Source: Myxococcota bacterium (GTDB taxonomy: Bacteria; Myxococcota_A; Polyangia; Nannocystales; Nannocystaceae). From it: a stretch of DNA of 40,342 nt. The stretch covers positions 1 through 40,342 of the forward strand of contig JBCCHT010000067.1 in the NCBI GenBank assembly GCA_039028615.1, in the 5' to 3' direction. The translations under genes and the position numbers were made by a program. Positions 20,432 through 29,478 of the stretch are shown here, piece by piece. The notes beneath the pieces were generated by a model. The model saw only the letters and a list, made by a program, of their open reading frames with translations. It ran no database searches and was not told the DNA's origin. The stretch's first letter is position 1. The number at the start of each line of letters is the position of its first letter.

Positions 20432-23400
20432 ATGCGAGAGCAGCTCCTGTTCATTCCCCTCCCGGCCGGCGTCGACCGTGAACAACGGGCACGCCTGAGC
20501 CTTCTGGTCCTGCCCCGACTGACCTGGGACGACCGTGAAGGTCCCGAGACCCGGCGCTTCGGCGACCTGCATGCCGCGTTCGAGCGGTGGCCCGACATCG
20601 TCGACGCCTTCGAGTTCGACCAGTGGCGAGCGGTGGTGGAAGACACCGCGGGCACCGAGGTCACCCGGGTCCGCGTCACTCCGCGCTTCAAGGGCGTGGA
20701 CCGCACGCTGTGGAAGGCGCTGTTCCACAGCCAAGTGCCCGTGCGGCGCTGGCCGAACGAGGCTCCACCGCCGCGCCCGCTCGTGGCCCCGGACTTGTCG
20801 GCCCTCCACGGCTGGCTGCGGGCAGCCCACGAGGCCATCGTGGGCGCCAACCCGACCGAGCCTCCCGCCGCCTGGTCGACCGATGCCGACGGCACAGCCC
20901 AGCCCAATCGTAGCCTCGTGCCCACGCTCACCACGCGTCGCGACGGGCGGAGCCAGTGGCTCTCCGATCGACTCGCCGCGTCCAAGGATGGCCTCGTCAC
21001 CGCCATCGACCCCGAAGACCTCGAGGAGGCGGGGTACGGAAGCAGCGGCGGCATCGATCGGCAGCATCCCGACTACCTGGGACCGCAGCTCGACCTCGCG
21101 CTGGCGATCCAGGAAGAGCGCTCGTCGGCCCCGCGGTTCGGCACCAAGGGCCACGACCTGCACCAGCGGGTGGGTCTGCTCGGGGACCACCCCACCGTGC
21201 TCCGCCGCGTGGGGCTGTCGCTGGACTTCGAACTCGACGAATTGGGCCGAACCCGGCTGCCCAGCGGTCCGCTCTTCGTTCGGATGGAGCTGCCGTGGAC
21301 CGATCGCTCGAGGATCGACCGGCCCGTGCTGCGCACCGCGTTCTCGGCCGCGCAGGGCCGGGGTGGCCGCGGTTTTCGGCCGCTGCCCGAGAACCCGGGC
21401 GGGGTCCTCGAGCCGGGCTACCTCAAGCTCAATCGCACCGAGATGTTCGAGCCCTGCGTCGTCGATGTTGAGGGGGCCGTCCGTGACTTCGCAACCCTCG
21501 ACCAGCTGATCGACGGGCTGCCCGACGACCCCGCCGACATCGCCGATACCCTCGCCGACGTCCCCGCGCTGCATACCGCGGGGCTGTCGGTGCTGTGGCG
21601 GGGCCGCGGGGTCTTCGAGTCGGCCCGGGCCGCCCGGGCGGCGAGCATCGAGACCCAGCTGAAGACCGCGAGCCGAGCCGACGACGAAGACGGTGAACGC
21701 GGGCGCCTGCCCGTCGCTCGCCGACCGGTCACGCTGTGGGCCGAGGACACCTTTCGCGGCCTTCGCATCGACGTGGCCGATGTCGCGGACGACAGCCTGC
21801 GCTCGCTGTGCGCCCGAACCGGCGCTGCGCGGGACCGCAGCGAACGGGTGCTCACCACCGTGTCCGCCGAGGAGGGTTTCGTCTCGCCCATGCGCACCCG
21901 CGTGACCGGGCAACGCCCCGACGGCACCGAAATCGACTACGACCTGCTCTCCGAGCGCATGGCCACGTGGACCGGCTGGAGCCTGGTGGCCGCACGCCCG
22001 GGCCCCCACATCTCGCCCGACGACGGGTCGGTCACCGCCCCCTCGTTCTCGGCCCCGCTCGGCATCGCCATCGACTATCGCGTGCAACCGAGCACCCTGC
22101 CCCGGCTTCGCTTTGGCCACTCCTATCGGCTGCGGGCGCGCACGGTCGACCTGAGCGGCAACAGCATCGAGCTGGACGAGGGCGACCGGACGTCGATGAC
22201 TGCTCCGATCCCGTACTTGCGATTCGATCCGGTGCCGCCGTCCGTGCTGGTGCCGCCGCTGCCCGCCGAGCGCGGCGACGGGGCGGAACGGCTGGTGATC
22301 CGTACCTACAACGACGGGCCCTCCGAGCAACTCACCAACGCCGTGGCCAAGACCACCGCCCGCTCGGCTTGGCTCGCGCCGCCCACCGCCAGCGCCCACT
22401 TGGTGGAGCTCCACGGGGTGCTCGATCCGCCCTCCAGCCTCGACCCCACCGCTCGACAGGACTGGTTTTCGCATACCTGGTCGATCTTGGCCTCCCGCGA
22501 GCAAGCGCTGCCCGAAGGCGTCGAGGAAGGCCAGGCGCTGTCGCTGACGCACTACCTGCCCGATCCACTCGCGCGCAGCTCCGCCCTGCACCCTCAAGGA
22601 GACGCGCCCACGCCGGGGGGTGGGGTCCAGACCCTGCCCTTCCCGATCATCGATGCCGAGCGAGCCGCGGCGCTCGGGGTGCCGTTCCGCGGCGCCATCG
22701 ACATGCCGGGTGATCGCAGCTTCGAGGTCGATCGCCTGCCCGCCCGCATCCAGCTGCACGCGGGACAGCTCGAGCAACGGGACGCCAGCTTCGACGCGCC
22801 GAGCAATCGATTCGACGTGACCCTGCCCCCGGGTCGGGAGGCTCGCTACACGATGGCCGCGGTGCCCGAGGTGGCCGAGGCGGAGCAGCTCGGCGCGTGG
22901 TCGTGGATCGAGCAAGCGCCCACCAACAGCATCAAGATCGAGAGCTTCGCCCGGGGCGAGCTTTGGGCGGTCACGCCTCCCGCCGACCTGGTTTTGGTCC
23001 ACGCCGTACAGCGCCCGATCTCGGCCCCGCAGATCGCCGTGCCGCCGCCCGATCGCGACGGACACGTCACCCCACAGCCGCAGATCACCCGCAGCATCGG
23101 CTCCACCGCGGCCACCCTCACCGGGGGCTACGACGACGTCGACATCCCCTCCACGGGGGTGCTCACCCTGCAGGCCACCTGGTCCGAGCCCGTCTACGAT
23201 CCCGACACCGACGGTGGCGTGCGCTGGGAGAGCCGCGAGCACACGGCGGTCATGCGTCGCCTCCCCGAGGGGGCGTTCGGCACCAGCACGCAGCCCTTTG
23301 CGTCCACAGACACGGTGGTCGAAGCCTGGGGAGACACTCGCCACCGACGGGTTCGCTACCGAGGCATCGCCACCAGCCGCTTCGTGGGCGACTTCCCCCG

Positions 23401-24511
23401 CAACGCGGGGCTCGACTTCCGCACGGTGGGGCCGCGGGGTGCGGTGGTGAACCTCCCCGCGACGCGCCGACCCGATCCGCCCCAGATCGCAGCGGTCGTG
23501 CCCGCCTTCGGCTGGGACGGCGATCCCGGCACCCCGGGCGGCCGCACGCGGAGGGCAGGTGTGCGCGTGTACCTGGCCGGACCCTGGTACAGCTCGGGGG
23601 AGGACGAGCAGCTCGCGATCGTGCTGCGGCGCGGCAACGACCCCGACCTCCGCACGTCGCGATGGGGCTCGGATCCCACCGTGACCACCACCGGCCCCAG
23701 CTCGAGCTTTCTGTCCTCCGCGCAGCTCCCCGAGCGGCTCAACCAGCGCTCGTCCACGCCGCCCGGCTGGTGGGACATCGAGCCCCTCGAGACCCTGGGC
23801 CTGTTGTTGCCGGACGACGACGGACGCAGCGTGGACGTTGTCCTGTTCGAGGTGCAGTGGGACCCGCAGCGGCGCCAGTTCTTTGCCGATGTCGCGCTCG
23901 AGCTGCCCGCGTCCTACTACCGTCCCCTGCTGCGGCTATCGGTGGCCCGCTACCAACACTATTGCGTCAACGGCCATGGCGTCGCGCTGACGGACGACCA
24001 ACGCACCGCGCTGCGCGACAGCACGGGGCTTTCGCGAACGAACTTGGCCCTGTCGTCCGCAGTGGTGGCCGACTTCGTCTCGCTGTCCCCCGAGCGCACG
24101 GCGAGCGTGGTGCGAGCGGTCGACGGAGGACTGCACTGGACGATCGAGGTACGGGCGACGCGGAGTTCCGGTCAGCCCACTGCGTCCCGCGAGCGCAATG
24201 CGGTCATCGTCTCCGCGCAGCGCAAGCGCTCCAACGACGATGAGTTGCTGTGGGAGACCGCCCCCGACGTGACCAGTGCGCTCGACGTCGCGTTCAACCC
24301 CGACGGCAGCCTCGCCATGGGCCTGCTGCGCGAAGAGTCCCCCAGCGGCAGCACGCTGTGGCGCGGGACCCTCGAGTTCCCCCCCGGGTTCGATCCGTCC
24401 CGCTATCGCCTCATCGTGCGGGAGGTCGAAGAGCACGACGCCTTCAGCCCCTCCGGCCTGCGCGGCACGGGGCAGCTGCCCGTATACCTCGACGTCGTTC
24501 CGCTCTCCTGA
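20432..24511 (+). CDS. Giant hypothetical protein B (1359 aa), probable multi beta-sandwich protein
   Basis: Long ORF with GC3 bias, 7 nt after the stop of A, with AGGA overlapping that stop. Contains an Fn3-like strand LPRLRFGHSYRLRARTVDLSGN. Confidence 0.88.
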   Translation: MREQLLFIPLPAGVDREQRARLSLLVLPRLTWDDREGPETRRFGDLHAAFERWPDIVDAFEFDQWRAVVEDTAGTEVTRVRVTPRFKGVDRTLWKALFHSQVPVRRWPNEAPPPRPLVAPDLSALHGWLRAAHEAIVGANPTEPPAAWSTDADGTAQPNRSLVPTLTTRRDGRSQWLSDRLAASKDGLVTAIDPEDLEEAGYGSSGGIDRQHPDYLGPQLDLALAIQEERSSAPRFGTKGHDLHQRVGLLGDHPTVLRRVGLSLDFELDELGRTRLPSGPLFVRMELPWTDRSRIDRPVLRTAFSAAQGRGGRGFRPLPENPGGVLEPGYLKLNRTEMFEPCVVDVEGAVRDFATLDQLIDGLPDDPADIADTLADVPALHTAGLSVLWRGRGVFESARAARAASIETQLKTASRADDEDGERGRLPVARRPVTLWAEDTFRGLRIDVADVADDSLRSLCARTGAARDRSERVLTTVSAEEGFVSPMRTRVTGQRPDGTEIDYDLLSERMATWTGWSLVAARPGPHISPDDGSVTAPSFSAPLGIAIDYRVQPSTLPRLRFGHSYRLRARTVDLSGNSIELDEGDRTSMTAPIPYLRFDPVPPSVLVPPLPAERGDGAERLVIRTYNDGPSEQLTNAVAKTTARSAWLAPPTASAHLVELHGVLDPPSSLDPTARQDWFSHTWSILASREQALPEGVEEGQALSLTHYLPDPLARSSALHPQGDAPTPGGGVQTLPFPIIDAERAAALGVPFRGAIDMPGDRSFEVDRLPARIQLHAGQLEQRDASFDAPSNRFDVTLPPGREARYTMAAVPEVAEAEQLGAWSWIEQAPTNSIKIESFARGELWAVTPPADLVLVHAVQRPISAPQIAVPPPDRDGHVTPQPQITRSIGSTAATLTGGYDDVDIPSTGVLTLQATWSEPVYDPDTDGGVRWESREHTAVMRRLPEGAFGTSTQPFASTDTVVEAWGDTRHRRVRYRGIATSRFVGDFPRNAGLDFRTVGPRGAVVNLPATRRPDPPQIAAVVPAFGWDGDPGTPGGRTRRAGVRVYLAGPWYSSGEDEQLAIVLRRGNDPDLRTSRWGSDPTVTTTGPSSSFLSSAQLPERLNQRSSTPPGWWDIEPLETLGLLLPDDDGRSVDVVLFEVQWDPQRRQFFADVALELPASYYRPLLRLSVARYQHYCVNGHGVALTDDQRTALRDSTGLSRTNLALSSAVVADFVSLSPERTASVVRAVDGGLHWTIEVRATRSSGQPTASRERNAVIVSAQRKRSNDDELLWETAPDVTSALDVAFNPDGSLAMGLLREESPSGSTLWRGTLEFPPGFDPSRYRLIVREVEEHDAFSPSGLRGTGQLPVYLDVVPLS

Positions 24512-24522
24512 CGGCGGCTGCT

Positions 24523-25749
24523 TCAGCGTGCCGCGAGCGAGATCGGCAGCTCGCGAAGCGCCCGGAGCCCGAAGTTGGGCAGGAACTCGGGCGGCGCGAG
24601 GCGGCGCCATTGGTCACTGCGCGCGACCAGGCCCTCCAACGCGATCCGAGCCTCGAGTCGCGCCAGGGCAGCCCCCGAGCAGCGATGAATCCCGAAGCCA
24701 AAGCCCACGTGCGGGTTGGGGTGCCGCGTCGGGTCGAACACATCGGGCTCGTCGAAGACAGCGGGGTCCCGGTTCGCGGCCGCCAATACCATCACCACGC
24801 GATCGCCCGCCGCCACCGTGGTGCCCTCGATCTCGATGGCCTCGGTCGTGCGCCGTGAGACTCGCTGCACCGGGCTCTCGAAGCGCAAGACCTCGTCGAT
24901 GGTGCGCTCCCAGGCCGAGGGCGTCTGCGACAGGTGCTCTACCAAGGACGGTCGCTCGAGCAACAAGTGCACCGCGTTGGCGATGAGGTTGGTCGTGGTC
25001 TCGTGCCCGGCAAAGACCAGCGCGACGCAGTTGGCCAGCAGGGTCTCGTCGTCGAACTCCGGGGTCTCGCGCTGATGGGCCAGCAGCGCGCCCAGCAGGT
25101 CCGGCCGAGGCTGCTGACGATGACGGGCCAGCACGTCGCGAAAGTAGTCCGTCATGCCGACCACGCTGCGCTGGCAATCGAGCGCCGCCGCGGGCTCCAC
25201 CGTGCCCAGGAAGCGGCCGATGTCCTGAGACCACGCGCGGAGCTGCTCGCGGTCTTCGGCTCGCGCGCCCAGCATCTCGGCGATCACGATGGCGGGCAGC
25301 GGATACGCGAGCGCCGAGACCACGTCGGCCTCGCCCGCGTCGAGCATCGCCGTGATGAGATCGGCCGCGACCGCTTCGATGCTCGCGCGGCGCTCCATCA
25401 CCAGGCGCCGGGTCAGGGCCGCATTGATCGTGCGACGCACGGGAGTGTGCTGCGGCGGGTCGGCGAAGAGCAGCCACCGCGACAACGAGCCGAGCAGCGG
25501 CGCGATGACCTGACGCTGGGGCTCCGACAAGTGCGCCGACAGGTAACGCACGCGATTGGACGACAGTCGGGGATCACGAAGCAGCGCAGACACCGTGGCG
25601 TGGCCCCCGACAAACCACGTGCGGCGCCGGGAATCAGACGCGGAACACAGCGCCCCGTGGGCAAACGCCTGGCGATAGGTCGGGTAGGGATCGGCCAGGA
25701 TCGAGGGATCGCCCAGGTTGGGCCGCGTATGCGTCGAATTGCTGCTCAT
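24523..25749 (-). CDS. Cytochrome P450
   Basis: I-helix AGHETT, EVLR (ExxR), AANRDP, heme-ligand motif FGFGIHRCSG; likely start ATG 25749. Confidence 0.96.
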   Translation of the reverse strand: MSSNSTHTRPNLGDPSILADPYPTYRQAFAHGALCSASDSRRRTWFVGGHATVSALLRDPRLSSNRVRYLSAHLSEPQRQVIAPLLGSLSRWLLFADPPQHTPVRRTINAALTRRLVMERRASIEAVAADLITAMLDAGEADVVSALAYPLPAIVIAEMLGARAEDREQLRAWSQDIGRFLGTVEPAAALDCQRSVVGMTDYFRDVLARHRQQPRPDLLGALLAHQRETPEFDDETLLANCVALVFAGHETTTNLIANAVHLLLERPSLVEHLSQTPSAWERTIDEVLRFESPVQRVSRRTTEAIEIEGTTVAAGDRVVMVLAAANRDPAVFDEPDVFDPTRHPNPHVGFGFGIHRCSGAALARLEARIALEGLVARSDQWRRLAPPEFLPNFGLRALRELPISLAAR

Positions 25750-25794
25750 GGGGCAACCGCGGCCGTGAGCATAGCGGATGGACGCCCCCGGCAA

Positions 25795-25820
25795 GCCCGT
25801 GAGCGCCCGTCAGCGCCCGT
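25795..25820. repeat. Three GCCCGT direct repeats at 10-bp periodicity in a divergent intergenic region
   Basis: GCCCGT at 25795, 25805 and 25815 (gcccgtgagc gcccgtcagc gcccgt), followed by an A8 tract. Confidence 0.6.
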
Positions 25821-25963
25821 TTCCAAAAAAAATCGCCTCGAAGTGAACACATTGGGCCGAGGTTGGAACTTCAACCGTACCGAGGCGAGGCGCCGTCCCT
25901 CCGCGACGCGCGACGACGCTCCCCCGGTCCTTCCCGTCGGTTCGAGCCCGACGCCCTAGATCC

Positions 25964-27364
25964 ATGAAACGAGCCACGACCGCCATCGTCATCGGAGGCA
26001 GCATCAGCGGACTGCTGTGCGCCCGCGTTCTCGCCGACCAGTTCGACGAGGTTCGGGTCCTGGAGCGAGACCTGCCCGGCGAGCGCTCGGCGCCTCGCAA
26101 GGGTGCCCCGCAGGGCCGCCACGCTCACGTGTGGATGGCCTCGGGCTTGCGCGCGCTCGAGGAGCTGTTCCCCGGGCTACACGATGAGCTCGTCGCCGAC
26201 GGAGCGGTCCCCACCGACCTCGGTCGCGACGTGCGGTGGTACGTGGGCGGGGGCTACCACGCCCGCAGCGAGGGCATCGAGAGCCTGCAGATGAGCCGAC
26301 CGGGACTCGAGACTCGGCTCCGCGATCGGGTCGAGCAGCTCGACAACGTCCTCATTCTCTCGGCGACCGCTGTCGAATCGCTGGCCTTCGACGCCGGCGA
26401 AGAGCGCGTCACCGGGGTGTTCGTGCAGGGCTTCGACGAGGCGATGTCCGCCGACCTGGTGGTCGATGCCACCGGGCGAGGCTCCCGGACACCGCGCTGG
26501 CTGGAGTCGCTGGGCATGCCCGCGCCGCAAGAAGAAACCGTCCGCACCGACCTCGGCTACACCACCCAGGTCTTCCAGCGTTCACCGCTCGGCATCGATG
26601 GCGACCTCGCCGTGGCCGTCGTGCCCGACGCGCCCGGCCGCCGCGGAGGCTTCGTCGTGGCCGCCGAGGACAATCGCTGGTTCGTGACGCTGGCCGGCAT
26701 GCACGGAGACCACCCGCCGACCGACGCCGAGGGCTTCCTCGACTTCGCGGCCAGCCTGCCCGTGCGCGACATCCACGACGCGATCGTCGACGCCAAGCCG
26801 CTGAGCGAGCCGGTCGCCTTCCGCTTCCCCGCCAATCGTCGATGGCGCTACGACCGGCTGCGTCGGTTCCCGAGCGGCTATCTCGTGTTCGGCGACGCGG
26901 TGTGCAGCCTCAACCCGATCTACGGGCAGGGCATGTCGGTGGTGGCGTTGCAAGCGATCGCGCTGCGAGACTGCATTGCTCGCGGAGGACGAAAGCTGGC
27001 CCCGCGCTTCTTCAAGGCGGCGTTGCAGGTCCTGAAGACCCCGTGGATGATGGCGGTGAACAACGACGCCCGATACCCGGAGGCTCGCGGGCGACGGACG
27101 CTTCGCGAGCGCATCGTCGCCGCGTACCTGCGTCGACTGCACGTGGCCGCGCGCCGCGTCCCCGCGGTTGCCCACGCGTTCCTCCGCACCGCCAACCTGC
27201 TCACGTCTCCCTACCATCTGCTACGACCCCGCGTGCTGCGGGCGCTCTTCGCCCGTGGCGGCTCGAACGCAATCCCGCACAGGTCGCTCCCACCGGGCCC
27301 CACGCCCCAATTCCAGCGTGTGCTCATCCCCGCTCACGCCACCGTGTCGCAGCGCCGAAAGTAG
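25964..27364 (+). CDS. FAD-dependent monooxygenase (LasC/Lsd18 epoxidase-like family)
   Basis: IVIGGSISGL, PQGRHAH, DLVVDATGRGS and FGDAVCSLNPIYGQGMS motifs. Confidence 0.88.
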   Translation: MKRATTAIVIGGSISGLLCARVLADQFDEVRVLERDLPGERSAPRKGAPQGRHAHVWMASGLRALEELFPGLHDELVADGAVPTDLGRDVRWYVGGGYHARSEGIESLQMSRPGLETRLRDRVEQLDNVLILSATAVESLAFDAGEERVTGVFVQGFDEAMSADLVVDATGRGSRTPRWLESLGMPAPQEETVRTDLGYTTQVFQRSPLGIDGDLAVAVVPDAPGRRGGFVVAAEDNRWFVTLAGMHGDHPPTDAEGFLDFAASLPVRDIHDAIVDAKPLSEPVAFRFPANRRWRYDRLRRFPSGYLVFGDAVCSLNPIYGQGMSVVALQAIALRDCIARGGRKLAPRFFKAALQVLKTPWMMAVNNDARYPEARGRRTLRERIVAAYLRRLHVAARRVPAVAHAFLRTANLLTSPYHLLRPRVLRALFARGGSNAIPHRSLPPGPTPQFQRVLIPAHATVSQRRK

Positions 27365-27479
27365 CGACGAAGAACGATCGTCGTGGCCGGCCATACCCTT
27401 CGATCACTCCGCCGTATCGCCATCACGCCGCGCGCTCGTTCGGTCGACGAGATGGTGTGCCGGGGGCGATACTCTGTCG

Positions 27480-28547
27480 GTGACGCACCACCGAAGCGTG
27501 GTCCGAATGCTGGTCGGACTGGGACTCGGTCTGGCGGGTAGCCAGGCGTGCACGGGGTCGCTGCGCCCCTTCGACTGCACCGAGAGCAGCCAGTGCGTGC
27601 TGGGCAGCACCAACGGCGTGTGCCAGGACGACGGCCTGTGCAGCTTCCCCGATGATGAATGCCCCTCGGGCCAGCGCTACGGCGATCACACGGGGCCCGT
27701 CGCGGGCGACTGCGTCGAGCTCGGGGGTGCAACGGAAACCACGGGGCAAGTCCCGAGCGCTCCTTCGACGGGCCCGACCCCGACGCTCGATTCCACCTCC
27801 ACCGCGAGCACCTCGTCGACCGGGGGGAGCAGCTCGGGTTTCGGCGAGACCCTCGAGCCTCCCATGGCCACCAGCGGAGGGCCCGACCTCGACGAGGGCC
27901 TGGTGTTCCGGCTGCCCATGGACGGCGCGCGGACGCTGCTCGACGACGTCAGCGGCAACGACCTGCACGGCACCTGCCGCGAATGCCCCACCGCCGAGCC
28001 GGGCCAGCAAGGCGAAGCCGCGAGCTTCGATGGCACCACGCAGGCCCGCATCCCCTACGACGACCGAATGGTCACCGAGGACGGCTTCACCCTCACGTTC
28101 TGGCTGCGACCCGACCTCTTGACCGAGGGCGCGAGCTACCAGGTCATCAACAAGGGCGTCGGCGACTCCATCCACAACTCGTGGTCGGTCCAGCTCGGGG
28201 ACCTCGGCGACGACGGGACCTTCGAGGTCTTAGTCCGCATCGGCAGCACCGACGGCAGCAGCGGGGCCCTCGCCCCCGATGCGGTCTTCGTCGACACCTG
28301 GACCCATATCGGCGCCCGCCATGACGGTGAGTTCGTCACCGTGTGGATCGATGGCGAGCAGGCCGCCATCGCCCCGCCCCCCGCCATGGAGTTCGACACG
28401 CACGACGTGGTCCTCGGGACCGCCGCCAACGACATCGCGGGGGGATCGACGGACGCGCTGCGAGGGACCATCGACGACCTGCGGCTATACGACTACCCGC
28501 TCTCGGATGCGCAGATGCTCGCGGTGATGGACGAAGGGGCGCGCTGA
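27480..28547 (+). CDS. Probable lipoprotein with Cys-rich N-module, Ser/Thr linker and LamG/concanavalin-like domain
   Basis: Hydrophobic signal ending SQA|C; DDVSGNDLHG, AASFDG, FTLTFW, WTHI, VWIDG, GTIDDLRLYDYPLS typical of LamG-like jellyrolls. Start GTG 27480 or ATG 27507. Confidence 0.85.
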   Translation: MTHHRSVVRMLVGLGLGLAGSQACTGSLRPFDCTESSQCVLGSTNGVCQDDGLCSFPDDECPSGQRYGDHTGPVAGDCVELGGATETTGQVPSAPSTGPTPTLDSTSTASTSSTGGSSSGFGETLEPPMATSGGPDLDEGLVFRLPMDGARTLLDDVSGNDLHGTCRECPTAEPGQQGEAASFDGTTQARIPYDDRMVTEDGFTLTFWLRPDLLTEGASYQVINKGVGDSIHNSWSVQLGDLGDDGTFEVLVRIGSTDGSSGALAPDAVFVDTWTHIGARHDGEFVTVWIDGEQAAIAPPPAMEFDTHDVVLGTAANDIAGGSTDALRGTIDDLRLYDYPLSDAQMLAVMDEGAR

Positions 28548-28743
28548 AGGGCCGCGGAGCAGCACCTCCGAGCCGCCGCCACTTTTTCCGAAGAAAAGCG
28601 GTATCCAAATCAGTTTTCGACCGTCTTGAAGGGCGACCCCAGCGGATCGCCATGAACGACGGCCAGCCGCGAGCCGAGCTGCTGCGCTGCGGCCCCCGCA
28701 AGCCGTGCGACTGCCTCCTCCCGCCGCCTGCAAGGAAGACGAC

Positions 28744-29394
28744 GTGTTCGATTGGAATGAACTCGAAACGAAGCTGCTCGACTACTGGTTCGGCTCCATC
28801 GACGACGCGACACCGCTGATGGACGACCCCTCCATGGTGCACGTACGACGGTGGTGCTCCAAGGGTCCGGCCATCGACGCCGACATTCGCCAACACTTCG
28901 AGTCGTACTACCAAGCGGTCACCAGCTCGGCCCAGGTGTGGAGAGACGTGGCCGCTCGAGTCCGGGACTCACCGCGGGGGAGCCTGGCGCTCACCATCCT
29001 GCTCGACCAGATCCCACGGAACATCTACCGGGGCACGGCTCGCATGTACGCCCACGACGGCCTCGCGCTCGCCCTCGCGTTCCGAGCCCTGGATGCCGGG
29101 CACGCGGACGCGATGTCCCTGCCGGAGAAGATGTTCCAGGCCCTGCCCCTGATGCACGCCGAGGACCTCACCCTGCAGTGGATCGTCGAGGAGTGGTTCG
29201 AGGGGCTCGCTCGCGCCAGCAAGGAACACAGCCCCGACAACGTGGGCTACTACGAGAACGCCCTCGCCTCCGCCCGGCGCCACCGCAGCGTGATCGAACG
29301 ATTCGGTCGATTTCCCCACCGGAACGAGATCCTCGGGCGCGACAGCACTCCCCGAGAGTTGACGGCGTTACGCGACGAAGAGATTCACTTCTGA
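28744..29394 (+). CDS. DUF924 family protein
   Basis: ILLDQIPRNIYRG, PLMHAE and FGRFPHRNEILGRDST motifs; AGGA SD before GTG 28744. Confidence 0.9.
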   Translation: MFDWNELETKLLDYWFGSIDDATPLMDDPSMVHVRRWCSKGPAIDADIRQHFESYYQAVTSSAQVWRDVAARVRDSPRGSLALTILLDQIPRNIYRGTARMYAHDGLALALAFRALDAGHADAMSLPEKMFQALPLMHAEDLTLQWIVEEWFEGLARASKEHSPDNVGYYENALASARRHRSVIERFGRFPHRNEILGRDSTPRELTALRDEEIHF

Positions 29395-29478
29395 CGGAAG
29401 GCTCCGACCCGCGTGCCCCGGCCACGTCGGTGCCCCCCCGACACCCTGGACACGAGCCGTTGGGATAGAGTCCTCGGA

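Noticed and set aside
17613..23344. Alternative ~960-990 aa ORFs overlapping the giant pair (17613-20498 +, 18070-21054 -, 20369-23344 -)
   Set aside because: Arg/Pro/Gly-rich or antisense-mirror composition typical of off-frame GC-rich sequence; GC3 bias supports the two called frames.
28652..28819. Small Cys-containing ORF (MNDGQPRAELLRCGPRKPCDC...) as a possible RiPP precursor for the P450/monooxygenase
   Set aside because: Overlaps the DUF924 start out of frame, has no leader/core pattern, and has no other coding support.
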